From contig CAVSFC010000002.1 of the NCBI GenBank assembly GCA_963727255.1, positions 256,001-320,000 of the forward strand: DNA of 64,000 nt, written 5' to 3'. This document shows positions 41,293-51,991 of this stretch, one piece after another. The notes under the pieces were generated by a model. That model searched no databases and had not been told where the DNA came from. It saw only the letters and a program-made list of their open reading frames with translations. The DNA is from an uncultured bacterium (lineage in GTDB: Bacteria; Babelota; Babeliae; Babelales; Vermiphilaceae). Position 1 is the first letter of the stretch; each line of letters starts with the position of its first letter. The translations under genes and the position numbers were made by a program.

Positions 41293-42397
41293 TGGCGCAT
41301 ATCATTTCATGAGGAGATGCTTCCGTTACATGAAACTTTTCATGAATATCATGAAGAAATCCAAAGACTTCTTTAAGGGTAATTTTCATGCAACAATTTT
41401 CTATTTCCTTTTTTCTGCATTCTATTTGATCATCCGTTGACTGATTTGGGTTCAATTGCCGACTTGCATACAATATCCCAAGCATGCAGTTTGGAATTTC
41501 CATCCACTGCTTTCTTTCTGCATCCGATGTAAATGCAAGGTGCTCCAGATAAAACTGAATCTTCTGTAAAAACTTCCCGATAAACTGCCTATTCTCAGAA
41601 AATAAGAGCACATATTGTTTTGCAATCTCACATTGTTTCATAACTATGCTCTTCAAAAGCAGCACGATCAACTGGGAATAGGGTTTTTTTGAAAAATCTA
41701 TCTCTTTGCCCTGAATTGCATAGTGAATGTTTGCAATATCTTTTCTATCTATCGAATCTTTCAAAATCTGAAGAATTTTTATACTTGTTCCTACCGGAAG
41801 ATTATCAATGATGCCTAAACAATATTGATGATAATCATTAAATTTTTTGCAATACCATTGTAAATGTTCTGTTATAGCCTTGTATCCATATTTGCTCAGC
41901 AAGGTTGGAATCGTAGTAGCAGATAAATCATAAGGCAAATGTATATCCTTATTGCAAGTAACAAGCTCATTTTTTTCTAATTTTTTAATATACCCTATTT
42001 TTTGCGATAGTGTCGCGTGCACACCATTTTCTATTAGATAAAAATTATGATTTCTGATATAGCTTTTTAGCGCTAAATCTCTAAGGGTAAGGATTTTTGG
42101 ATCTTCATAATTGTGCGATTCTTGCGTTGTTTTTTTTAATCTTAAAGGGCACCCCGTTAAAATTTTATGCGCATTCGTAACCCACAAAAACATATCAATT
42201 TTCTTAACGGAGACGTTGAAGAGTATATCTAGAAAATCATTACTTTCTATGGATTCACCATTATCAATTATTTTAAAGAGATTCTCATAATCAGCATCAA
42301 TCAAACTCGCTTTAATCGGAGATTTTGGCGGCAGCTCCATGCCAATCGCCGTAGTGGCAACTAATAACCCGACAAAAAATAGCAATTTCTTTAACAT
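41285..42397 (-). CDS. Hypothetical secreted protein with C-terminal CaaX box
   Basis: GGAGG RBS; AIG|MELP; ends CAIS-stop. Confidence 0.75.
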   Translation of the reverse strand: MLKKLLFFVGLLVATTAIGMELPPKSPIKASLIDADYENLFKIIDNGESIESNDFLDILFNVSVKKIDMFLWVTNAHKILTGCPLRLKKTTQESHNYEDPKILTLRDLALKSYIRNHNFYLIENGVHATLSQKIGYIKKLEKNELVTCNKDIHLPYDLSATTIPTLLSKYGYKAITEHLQWYCKKFNDYHQYCLGIIDNLPVGTSIKILQILKDSIDRKDIANIHYAIQGKEIDFSKKPYSQLIVLLLKSIVMKQCEIAKQYVLLFSENRQFIGKFLQKIQFYLEHLAFTSDAERKQWMEIPNCMLGILYASRQLNPNQSTDDQIECRKKEIENCCMKITLKEVFGFLHDIHEKFHVTEASPHEMICAIS

Positions 42398-42515
42398 ATA
42401 ACCCTCCATAACGGCTTAAGACTTTTATTTATTACTAATATAAATTATTTATATATAAAGTCAAGCCTATCTTGCTTTTTTTACACCAAGAAGGCTCAAT
42501 CTGGCCTCAATTGGC

Positions 42516-42965
42516 CTAATGGGCTCGAGAGGGGATGGCGGCGAGAGGGGCCTTCAGGGCTTTTTTCTTGGATAGGAGTGCTTGCAGGGCAGCGCTAGGC
42601 TGATTTGAATTATGGTTAAAAGCAACGAGCGCTTGCAGATTACGATTACCAGTAGGCTGATTAGCCCTATAGTTCCGATATCCCCAGCCACAAAAAGCGG
42701 CTATTCCAAGCCCGAAGATCGTCCCCATAGCCCAGGATTCACAGGGCTGTACTCCGCATTTATTTTCAGTAACCGCAAAAAGGAGTTGGCTTGCGCTTGC
42801 AATGCCCCAGCTGGCCGTGAGCAGCCCAAGCCCCATTTGCTCATAACGTCTCAATCCATCAAACCTTCTATCTATTTGTTGGCCTTGAATGCCCTGAAAA
42901 GCTAATATGCTATGAACAAAGAAAATGATTAGCATATACTGGTAGGAAGTAGAGATTTTTAACAT
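42516..42965 (-). CDS. Hypothetical membrane protein
   Basis: Signal peptide plus two TM helices. Confidence 0.55.
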   Translation of the reverse strand: MLKISTSYQYMLIIFFVHSILAFQGIQGQQIDRRFDGLRRYEQMGLGLLTASWGIASASQLLFAVTENKCGVQPCESWAMGTIFGLGIAAFCGWGYRNYRANQPTGNRNLQALVAFNHNSNQPSAALQALLSKKKALKAPLAAIPSRAH

Positions 42966-42998
42966 GTTTTTCCCTGAAAATTTAAGTATTTTTATCGC

Positions 42999-43562
42999 AT
43001 GCTAAAGCCATTGTATATCATATTAGAACTGATTAGCATAGTCGCTGAACCCCAAGAAATTCCCTCTATAATTCCACATCTTTTAAGCATTCAAAAGAGG
43101 CATGAAAAAACAATTTTTTATCTCGATCAAGCTATCTTTAGGGCCCAATTCGGAGTAGAAACCTCAGAAGAATCAAGCCAACTTCCAATCGATTCCCCAA
43201 ACCATATCTGCGAGGGGAGCTGCCTGTATAATTTTCAGAATGCTAAAAAACAGGTTATTGAACTCTTTTCTGCCGCCAGAGCCGGATCATTAATAAGAGT
43301 TAAATCGTATTTCACTGACTACCCTGATTTGGTCGATTTCCGGGATGAAAAAGGCCAAACGATCCTTCATAAAGCCGTATTTGCCAAGAATCCCACCCTT
43401 ATTGTGATGATTTTAAGCAAATATCCTGCCTTGGCCCCAATTGAAGACAATTCCTATAAAAATCCCCTGCATTATGCCCTTGAAGGAAACCCCCTTAAAG
43501 TAGGCCTCTTTTTGAAGGTTGCTTATGGGGGAAACCCCTCTTTATGCCAAAAAAACTCATAA
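42999..43562 (+). CDS. Ankyrin-repeat protein
   Basis: LFSAARAG, DEKGQTILHKAV, NPLHYAL. Confidence 0.75.
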   Translation: MLKPLYIILELISIVAEPQEIPSIIPHLLSIQKRHEKTIFYLDQAIFRAQFGVETSEESSQLPIDSPNHICEGSCLYNFQNAKKQVIELFSAARAGSLIRVKSYFTDYPDLVDFRDEKGQTILHKAVFAKNPTLIVMILSKYPALAPIEDNSYKNPLHYALEGNPLKVGLFLKVAYGGNPSLCQKNS

Positions 43563-43663
43563 TTTGGCCTATAAATTAGAACTTATCTCCCTCCCCCACA
43601 ATTTTCAGGTATCAAAAAAGGCCTAATTTAGAACTATTTAGCTATTTTAGACTGAATTTTCCA

Positions 43664-43691
43664 TTGACAATATGAATTATTCCTATACAAT
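43664..43691 (+). promoter_or_regulatory. Sigma70-type promoter
   Basis: TTGACA-16 nt-TACAAT upstream of a GGGAGG RBS. Confidence 0.6.
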
Positions 43692-43727
43692 GAAAAGTAA
43701 TGGATATATAAAGTCTGGGAGGTTATT

Positions 43728-44231
43728 ATGTATAAAAAACTCTTTTTAGCTCTATCTTTCATAATGGCAATGCCCGCTCAGGCAATCAATTTTGCCAGCA
43801 TATACAATTCTGCTCGATCATGGGTCCAAAAAGCAGCTTCGACTATTCCCTTTAGCCGGCCAAGCACCCCCCTTATGGTGGCGGGAGGCGTAGCGGCTCT
43901 CACTGCTGCAAGTTGCGCAGCATTGGAAATAAGCGAGAATTATCAAGATAAAATCGATTCAAACCAGTTAATCTCTCAAATAGCCTGCAATCCTGGCGTA
44001 GCAGTCGATAATTATTTATTCATCTCAACTTTTCTTTTTAAAAACAGCATTCCTTTTGAGATCGGGCAAGAAATATTTAAGCCAGAGCTAGTCATTGAGA
44101 AATTACAACTTGCCCAGGAGCGCTATTCACTCTTGAACCTTCCTATCACAAAGGCATTAGCAGTCCCCGCTTCTATAATAGTCGGTCTGGCAGCATATAA
44201 ACTTTCTCAATATTATTTTCGAAAAAAATAA
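43728..44231 (+). CDS. Hypothetical secreted/membrane protein
   Basis: Signal peptide ending AQA; two hydrophobic segments. Confidence 0.7.
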   Translation: MYKKLFLALSFIMAMPAQAINFASIYNSARSWVQKAASTIPFSRPSTPLMVAGGVAALTAASCAALEISENYQDKIDSNQLISQIACNPGVAVDNYLFISTFLFKNSIPFEIGQEIFKPELVIEKLQLAQERYSLLNLPITKALAVPASIIVGLAAYKLSQYYFRKK

Positions 44232-44349
44232 ATTTCATATTTTATATCATTTCCATTAGTTCTTTTCATTCCACAAATTCGAATTTGACAAATAGATTAT
44301 CGAACTATAGTTATAGAATAATACCTGCTAAATGCATCCTGGATAAAAT

Positions 44350-45831
44350 ATGAATAGAATTAAAACAAACTTGTTTTTTTATATGCTCAGCATCTCTTTT
44401 GGACTACAAGCAATGGAGAAATCAGGAATCAAAGATGTGTATGGTGATGTCCTGAGCTCAGCATCACAAGAGTACAAAATATTATATGAACATTGTAATA
44501 CTCTAAAAAACATGCAGAAAGGTTTCTATGCGCTCGAAGATCCTGATTTCAAAAATAAAAATATACCTTCTTTTGTAACCGAAACAAATCTCGTCTATCT
44601 TGCAAAAATTATTGATAATCCCACACTCATAGAACAAGAATCATGCCCAAATACCATTTTTGAACTTTTCAAGCTCGCTGATTATCTTCAGGCGCCCGAG
44701 AAAACTTTAGGTTCATTAGCTATCCCTGCCTATAATCATGCAACTACCTTATATAATAAACCATTACAATTTTCTTTAGAACATCACATCAAAGCAGGCT
44801 ATCATCCAACCACAAAGATGTTATTAGAACGAGCCCAACGCCATTCTATGAAAAAGCTTGTTAATATTGCTTCCTTTCATCTGCCCTTTTATCCAAATTT
44901 TGCAGTATTTTTGCATGATTATCCGGTAAAAAAAATACTGAAATTATTTGAACATTATGAAAATTCTTGTGATCTTAACCTTTCTGCAGAAGCTTTAAAA
45001 AAAGAGCTCGGTTGCACTAAAAAAATTGCAAGCTTAGAAGGTATTGAGGCACTCAGCAAAATTAGCTTGGCGCCCAATGTTACCCATATAACGGCATCAA
45101 ACCAATACATTGAATCAGTAAACATAGGATCCTTGGCTAAAGCTTTCCCCGCATTGAGAAACCTAAATCTTTCAAGGAATCAATTAAAAAAACTTACTCG
45201 AAAAAGTTTACGCGGTTTACCACCCGAATTTAATCTCGATCTTTCTAAAAATAAAATTACGGAAATTGAAGAAGCATGCTTTGACTTTCCAAGCGCACTC
45301 AAGAAAGTAAAAATTAACCTCAACGATAATCCCTTGGCTTGCATGGATAACAAAATATTTAATCAATCATATAGCGAGAGAATAAAAACATTGATTAAAT
45401 CTTTGAGCGCAAAAAGTTTAATTGCTTTCGGATCATTGCGTATTGATAAAGAAAACATAGGCATTCTTCTCGGGGGCTTGAGGGTAATTACTGCAAAAAA
45501 TATCCCCTCCTTACATATGGCCATAGAAGAAATCCTATCTGGAATAGCGCCAAATTTTGATGCAGTAATATTAGACAGAGAACTGATTCACAAATCTGAA
45601 ATAGTTAGTATATCGACTCAAAGTAGGTGGATGGACTCAATTGCGAGATGTGCAGGCGCAATTTGTATCCTTGCTGGAATTTTGTTTATATATTCTGATA
45701 TTCAAGATAATTATATCAATAATCTAGATCAAGCAATCGCTCGTGATTCCTATCGCATAAAAGTCGAAAGCGATACAAAGCCGATAGAATTCCCATCAAA
45801 TTATACCTATCGTCTTTTTGGAAAGTCGTGA
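44350..45831 (+). CDS. Secreted protein with Skp1/BTB-like domain, leucine-rich repeats and C-terminal TM
   Basis: LQA|MEK; IFELFKLADYLQA; LRNLNLSRNQL, LDLSKNKI, INLNDNPL. Confidence 0.75.
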   Translation: MNRIKTNLFFYMLSISFGLQAMEKSGIKDVYGDVLSSASQEYKILYEHCNTLKNMQKGFYALEDPDFKNKNIPSFVTETNLVYLAKIIDNPTLIEQESCPNTIFELFKLADYLQAPEKTLGSLAIPAYNHATTLYNKPLQFSLEHHIKAGYHPTTKMLLERAQRHSMKKLVNIASFHLPFYPNFAVFLHDYPVKKILKLFEHYENSCDLNLSAEALKKELGCTKKIASLEGIEALSKISLAPNVTHITASNQYIESVNIGSLAKAFPALRNLNLSRNQLKKLTRKSLRGLPPEFNLDLSKNKITEIEEACFDFPSALKKVKINLNDNPLACMDNKIFNQSYSERIKTLIKSLSAKSLIAFGSLRIDKENIGILLGGLRVITAKNIPSLHMAIEEILSGIAPNFDAVILDRELIHKSEIVSISTQSRWMDSIARCAGAICILAGILFIYSDIQDNYINNLDQAIARDSYRIKVESDTKPIEFPSNYTYRLFGKS

Positions 45832-45974
45832 AATTTAATCAATATCCATAAAATCAAGCACTCATTCAAAAAAGCAGCGATACTCTCCCCATCTTCTTGG
45901 AAGCACAATTAATGAAGATTTTTGCCGAACAATATCCCTTGTTATTTTTGTTCGAAAAAAAGCAACTTGATTGC

Positions 45975-46250
45975 TCAATTTGAAAACGAATCAGCAATTA
46001 AATCACATACAATAAACATCATGGCTGAGGCCACTGGCAAATTATCTGCGATTGGGCACTGATTGCCGCATTGTTTTACAAACTTCAGCGCTTCTGTGAT
46101 ACCCATACTCGCGAAAAGTATGCCATAATTGGCCACATCGCGATTAAGTGACTTTTGATATTCTGCTATTGATTTGAGAAGCTCTTCTTTATTCATACCA
46201 CGGCAATTGGCAGCCAAACTCGCAAATAATAGGAGTTTTGCAAACTTCAT
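45975..46250 (-). CDS. Small secreted protein
   Basis: AAGGGGG RBS; CRG|MNKE. Confidence 0.5.
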   Translation of the reverse strand: MKFAKLLLFASLAANCRGMNKEELLKSIAEYQKSLNRDVANYGILFASMGITEALKFVKQCGNQCPIADNLPVASAMMFIVCDLIADSFSN

Positions 46251-46393
46251 AGATTCCCCCTTCTTTTTTTCTAGTCCCTCATAGTAATATTGCCAAAAAT
46301 AGAAGAAAAAACGCAATCGTAAGTCATAATCTTGTAGGTTTTTGTGTATGCCGTTACACTATAAAAAAAACACATAATTAGTTTGTAGCCATT

Positions 46394-48957
46394 ATGAAAC
46401 TTGATCAATTTACTCATGCCAGCCAAGAGCTCATTCAAAAAGCCGCAGTGCTCGCGCAAGAAAAACAAAATCCTATACTCACACCGCTTCATTTGCTTGC
46501 TGCATCAATCAATGAAGATTTTTGCCGATCATTCTTTTTTTCGCTTGGCATTAATCTTGATCAATTAAAAACTATCGTCAATACAGAAATTGATCGGTTG
46601 CCGCGCGCAACTGGATCCCAATTGGCAGTCGATCAAGCCTTTGAACAATTTATTTCAGCATGCCAAAAACAGGCTCAAGAATTAGGCGATACGTATGTGA
46701 GCCTCGAATCTTTTTTGCTGCAATTTGCAACATCAAATTTCTTACCGCCATCAATTCGTGACTTTTTTGCGCAAAATAGATTTACTAAACAAAGAATTCT
46801 TGAACATATGCAAGAAATCCGAAAGGGAAAACGGTGAGTAATCAAAATGCAGAAAAACAATATCAAATATTAGAAAAATATTGCATAAATATCACCAAAC
46901 AAGCGCGTGATGGCAAGCTTGATCCGGTTATTGGCCGCCATGAAGAAATCCGTCGCGTTGTCCAAATTCTTTCACGGCGCACTAAAAATAATCCGGTACT
47001 CATTGGCGAGCCAGGCGTTGGCAAAACAGCCATCGTTGAAGGAATTGCTCAACGAATTATCAATAATGATGTTCCTGAAAGTTTAAAAAATAAACAAATT
47101 TATGCACTTGATTTGGGTTTGCTCATTGCTGGCGCAAAATATCAAGGGGAATTTGAAGAGCGCTTAAAGGGCGTACTCAAAGAAATTGAAGAGGGCAAAG
47201 ATGATATTATTCTTTTTATAGATGAACTGCATATGCTCGTTGGCGCAGGTTCGCATGGCGGCGGCATGGATGCATCCAATTTATTAAAACCGGCGCTTGC
47301 CCGAGGCACATTGCATTGCATTGGCGCAACAACGCTCAAAGAATATAAAAAATATATAGAAAAAGATGCGGCTCTTGAACGCCGATTCCAAAAAGTACTC
47401 GTTGAAGAACCAACGATTGAAGATGCAATTTCAATTTTGCGCGGACTCAAAGAACGCTATGAACTGCATCATGGCATTCACATCAAAGATCAAGCACTTG
47501 TTGATGCAGTGTTACTTTCTGCAAAATATATTCCTGATAGATTTTTGCCCGATAAAGCAATTGATTTGATCGATGAAGCAGCATCAATGGTTAAAATGTC
47601 GATCGATTCACAACCAGAAGCGATTGATAAATTGATCGCAAAATCCGGCAATTGGAAATTGAAAAAGTTGCACTCACCAAAGAAAAAGAAGATCCGGTTG
47701 CAAAAAAACGGCTTGCAGAACTTGAACAAGAACTTGCCAATCTCAAAGAACAACATCAAAAGCTGCTAGCAACTGGAAAGCTGAAAAAGCACCACTTGAA
47801 CAAATCAATAAATTAAAAGAAGAAATTGAAGCAGCAAAATTGCAATTTATGGCAGCAGAACGGGAAGGGGATTATGCCAAAGCATCTGAAATTAAATATG
47901 GCAAAATTGCAAAATTAGAAGCTGAAGTTGCCAAAGAGCAAGAAAAGCTTAAAAAACTTAGATACCAATCTAATCAAGCAACAAGTTGATGAAGATGATA
48001 TTGCCGCAGTGCTTTCGCGCTGGACAAAAATTCCTGTTGCAAAACTCAAAAAAAGTGAATCGGAAAAATTCTTGGCTATGGAAGATACGCTCAAGATGCG
48101 AGTCATTGGCCAAGATGAAGCAATTGAAAAAGTTTCGCATGCAATTCAAATGCATCGCGCCGGCCTTACTGATCCCAATAAACCAATCGGCTCATTTTTA
48201 TTCTTGGGCCCAACTGGCGTTGGTAAAACAGAAGTTGCAAAAACACTTGCAGATTTTTTATTCAATGATCCGAACAAAATGATTCGCATTGATATGTCTG
48301 AATATATGGAAAAGCATGCAGTTGCACGTTTGATTGGCGCTCCTCCCGGATATGTTGGCTATGAAGAGGGCGGCCAACTTACCGAACAAGTGCGCCGGCA
48401 TCCATATTCAGCGTTATATTATTTGATGAAGATTGAAAAAGCGCATCCGGATGTATTTAATATATTCTTGCAAATCCTTGATGAAGGCAGATTGACCGAT
48501 AGCCAGGGCCGCACCGTTTCATTTAAAAATACCATTATTATTATGACCTCAAATATCGGCTCTCATCTAATTTTGCAAGCAAAAGAATTAACTGAGAAAA
48601 TAAAAGATCAGATTGAAGGCATTATTGCAAAAAGCCTTCAGGCCGGAATTTTTAAATCGTATTGATGCAATTGTATTCTATCGCAAGCTCAACGAAAAAG
48701 ATGTTGCACAAATTGCAGAAATTCAACTGCAAGCGCTTATTAATCGATTATTAGAAAAACATATCACGCTTGCTGTTGATGATGATGTGATTGCGCATTT
48801 GGCGCAGGAAGGATATTCGCCGGAATTTGGTGCACGCCCACTCAAACGCACCATTCAACAATTGGTTTTGGTGCCTATTTCGCAATATTTGCTCAAAAAT
48901 CCTGAAGCAAAAAACATTTCTTTACAGCTTAAGGATAAAAAAATCGTAATTGCATAA
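46394..48957 (+). CDS. clpB: ClpB chaperone (frameshifted)
   Basis: Clp N-domain; [24 protein letters not shown]; middle coiled coil; [23 protein letters not shown]. Confidence 0.93.
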
Positions 48958-49072
48958 TCAATTAGATCTTCTTTAGTATATTCATGAGACATTGAGCATA
49001 CTATATCCAGAATTGCTGGCACTAAGAAAATTCATTCCATAAATTAGTGCAACAAGCCGATGGGAGATTCTC

Positions 49073-49912
49073 ATGAGATTATATCTAATTCTCTTTTCTA
49101 TCAGTTCAATGCTTAATGGAATGGAGCTTCCTGAGCAGTTACCAATAAAAACATCTGGGTCAAAAAAAATCCGAGCAATAGAAAAAATACGGCTACGAGA
49201 AAGGTTGTATGTTGCATTAGCGGCTAAAAATTCAAAAGAAGTCGAGTGCCTGCTTCAAAAAGACATTAATCCAAATCGAGCATCAAAAGACAAAACTACT
49301 CCCTTAATTGCTGCAATTAAAACACAAGATCATGATCTGATTAAGTTACTTCTTGCTGCAGGCGCAGATCCTGGTAAACCGGATCGCTGGAAAAATTTTC
49401 CTCTCATGGAGGCCACCAGAGCTAAGGACATTTTTACCGTAAAACTATTGCTGCAGAATAAAGCTAACCCCGAAATCGTAGGCAATGATTTGCAGACTCC
49501 TTTAATCTACTCATGCGAATATTTTAAATCTTCTGGTAATCTAGAAACCATTATTTATGAATTTCTCAAAACACGCTGCAATCTTAATACAAAAGATAAT
49601 TTGGGCAGAACCGCACTCCATTATATTTGCACCAAGAATCATTCTATTACATCCCTTCTTTTAAAGAATGGGGCTGACCCAAATATCAAAGATAACTTTA
49701 AAGTAACGCCTCTGCTAAAAATACTCATACACGGCTGCAAATCAACCAACCAAGAGGATGCTCAATTCTTGATTGCAAATGTTCAAGAACTCGTAGCAGC
49801 TGGCGGTAATCCTGACATAAAAAATCGCAGGGGACTTTCTGCCCGCGATTACGCAAAGTATACCGGTCTTGAGTTTATTTTAGACACTAAGGAATCTCAT
49901 GAACAAAAATAA
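49073..49912 (+). CDS. Secreted ankyrin-repeat protein
   Basis: LNG|MELP; TTPLIAA, GRTALHY, GADPN repeats. Confidence 0.85.
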   Translation: MRLYLILFSISSMLNGMELPEQLPIKTSGSKKIRAIEKIRLRERLYVALAAKNSKEVECLLQKDINPNRASKDKTTPLIAAIKTQDHDLIKLLLAAGADPGKPDRWKNFPLMEATRAKDIFTVKLLLQNKANPEIVGNDLQTPLIYSCEYFKSSGNLETIIYEFLKTRCNLNTKDNLGRTALHYICTKNHSITSLLLKNGADPNIKDNFKVTPLLKILIHGCKSTNQEDAQFLIANVQELVAAGGNPDIKNRRGLSARDYAKYTGLEFILDTKESHEQK

Positions 49913-50651
49913 CTTAATATATATTGCTAATTGGAAGATGTATTTTACTCATAATCAGGCGCTTGCATGGATAAAGAATCATAGGCAAGCACTCAACACA
50001 TTGGGCCATACTGCTTCGATAGCTATTTGCCCCTCTTTTGATGCACTCGCGTCAGTGGGACATGCACTCAAAGATACCGGCATTGCCCTTGGCGCTCAAG
50101 ATTGTTCGGCACATAATCCCGGTGCTTATACCGGCCAAATCTTAGCAACTTCGCTCAAGGAAATTGGGTGCACCTATTGCATTATCGGCCATTCAGAAGT
50201 ACGCAAAGAATATAAAGAAACTCATGAGACAATTGCAAAAAAAGCGGGACTTTTGCTTGAACTGGGCATTATTCCTATTATATGTGTTGGCGAATCCGCC
50301 CAAGAATATGAGCAGGAACTGGGGGTTCAAACAATTGAACAGCAGTTGGTTCCGCTCTTGCAATCAATCAAATCCCAGGCGGTGCATAAAACCATCGGCA
50401 TCGCCTATGAACCGCTCTGGGTGATTGGCACAGACTCGATTCCTCCTGCTGACTATCTAGCCTCCCAGCTGGAGACAATAAAAAGGCTTTGCAGCCAACA
50501 TATTCCTGATACCAAAGCCTTGCCATTATATGGTGGAAACGTCAATGAATGGACCATAAAACCATTCAAGGATGCCCGGTTGCTCGATGGCGTTTTAATT
50601 GGGAGTGCAAGTACTGATTTTCAAAAGCTTCAAAAAATAGTATTATCATAA
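49899..50651 (+). CDS. tpiA: Triosephosphate isomerase
   Basis: ANWKM, GAYTG, IGHSE, AYEPLWVIGT, YGGNV. Confidence 0.93.
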   Translation: MNKNNLIYIANWKMYFTHNQALAWIKNHRQALNTLGHTASIAICPSFDALASVGHALKDTGIALGAQDCSAHNPGAYTGQILATSLKEIGCTYCIIGHSEVRKEYKETHETIAKKAGLLLELGIIPIICVGESAQEYEQELGVQTIEQQLVPLLQSIKSQAVHKTIGIAYEPLWVIGTDSIPPADYLASQLETIKRLCSQHIPDTKALPLYGGNVNEWTIKPFKDARLLDGVLIGSASTDFQKLQKIVLS

Positions 50652-50685
50652 GCAATATCTAATTAACATGCTCTTCATAGTTACT

Positions 50686-50724
50686 CCGTTCGTGGCGACC
50701 CTTCGATAAACTCAGGGCAAACGG
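50686..50724. repeat. Short REP-like element upstream of secG
   Basis: CCGTTCGTGG...CCCTTCGATAAACTCAGGGCAAACGG. Confidence 0.7.
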
Positions 50725-50769
50725 GTTACAGGGGGAATCATGCGAGAGCCAAATTTTGCAAGGTAAACC

Positions 50770-51087
50770 ATGCTTTACGGATTATTACTCAGCCTCTTTA
50801 TCTTCGTCTGTCTCTTATTGATCCTCATAATTCTCATCCAGCAAGGAAAGGGAAATATGGGCCTCGGCAACATGGGCGGTGGCGCTCAGATGCTCTTTGG
50901 CGGATCAGGCGGCCAAGACCTTTTCCAAAAAATTACCTGGGTTCTCGGAACCCTCTTTATGGCCGGATCACTTTTCTTGGCTTTAATGAAATCCCAAAGC
51001 ATTGGCAGCACTCGGTATGCTCGCCAGCCTATGGCACCGGTATCTTCTGAAGCGCCGGCAGTTCCAGGAACGCCTGACGAATACTAA
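50770..51087 (+). CDS. secG: Preprotein translocase subunit SecG
   Basis: Follows tpiA; TM, LIQQGKG, Gly-rich loop, LFGG, KITW, TM. Confidence 0.9.
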   Translation: MLYGLLLSLFIFVCLLLILIILIQQGKGNMGLGNMGGGAQMLFGGSGGQDLFQKITWVLGTLFMAGSLFLALMKSQSIGSTRYARQPMAPVSSEAPAVPGTPDEY

Positions 51088-51243
51088 ACGATTTTAGAAG
51101 GCGCTTGAATGAGCACCTTTCTTACAATCCATTATTGTGCTAATAGCAATTTTCTGCTTTTAAAAATTTACAGCTTTTTCAATAGCTTTATTTTTAAATT
51201 AATTCTGCTATGCTCATTAATGAATAAATTTAAATGTAGGGAA

Positions 51244-51397
51244 TATCAAGCCGCAACCAAGATGTCTGCATCTTCTGGCCATTGGGGCCAACTCAAAAGA
51301 AACTTCCGCCTATAGTACAAGCGCCTCTTTATAAAAAACAAAGTATTAGTGAAGCCCCCTGGTGGGTTACTCCAAATGGTGCCGCATGGTGCGGATA
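51244..51397 (+). ncRNA. Candidate rod-shaped structured RNA (6S-like or cis-regulatory leader)
   Basis: Nested complementary arms read by eye: TATC..CGCA.CCA..ATG/CATGGTGCGGATA; GGCCATTGGGG..AACTC/GGGTTACTCCAAATGGTGCC; CTTC..CTA..TAC/GTATTAGTGAAG; strand not certain. Confidence 0.35.
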
Positions 51398-51433
51398 AAA
51401 CACCAAAGTATATATCAACTAAAGGATATTTTT

Positions 51434-51919
51434 ATGAAAAAACTTCTTGTTTTAGCCCTCGTGGCAAATGTAGCAATGGCAGAAAATTCGTTCATGGCTG
51501 ACATGAAAGATCTCGGATCAGATATTGGTGAGCAAATTGTTCTGCCGCTTAAAGACGTCGCACAAACGGTCAAAGATTCAGAAATCGGTCAAGATGGCAT
51601 TGAGCTTGGGCAACAATTGGCAGACACGCCAGAAATTGTTAAGGATGGCTATACTGCGGCCGTTGATGCAACCAAAAATTTTGGAAGAAAAATTGCAGAC
51701 AGCAGATTTGTTGCAAAAGTAAAAGATGCTAATCAAGCTATCGTTGATGCAAGCAAAAAAGCTGCAACCAAAGCTAAAGATGTTGCTAATGATATTATTC
51801 ACAGCGAAGCAGTTGAAGACACTAAAGATGTTCTCGGCCAATTTGCAGATGCACCGCGTGAAACATGGGATAATTTTGCAGCATTCTTCACTGCAATTAA
51901 ATCCGAATTCATTGATTAA
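51434..51919 (+). CDS. Secreted LEA/apolipoprotein-like protein, related to 34205-35119
   Basis: AMA| signal; repeats LGQQLADTP and LGQFADAP. Confidence 0.7.
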   Translation: MKKLLVLALVANVAMAENSFMADMKDLGSDIGEQIVLPLKDVAQTVKDSEIGQDGIELGQQLADTPEIVKDGYTAAVDATKNFGRKIADSRFVAKVKDANQAIVDASKKAATKAKDVANDIIHSEAVEDTKDVLGQFADAPRETWDNFAAFFTAIKSEFID

Positions 51920-51940
51920 AAAGTAGCGCTAAAAAATAGC

Positions 51941-51970
51941 AAGGCAGGGAACAAAATCCCTGCCTTTTTT
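51941..51970 (+). terminator. Intrinsic terminator
   Basis: AAGGCAGGGA-acaaaa-TCCCTGCCTT-TTTT. Confidence 0.85.
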
Positions 51971-51991
51971 AAATCTTATAGAAGAAAAAAA

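Noticed and set aside
49016..49053. CIRCE-like inverted repeat near clpB
   Set aside because: It lies downstream of clpB, and arms and spacer do not match TTAGCACTC-N9-GAGTGCTAA
51236..51300. Cobalamin riboswitch (AGGGAA, CCGCAAC, GCCATTG fragments)
   Set aside because: Spacing and the B12 box are missing, and the downstream gene is unrelated to cobalamin
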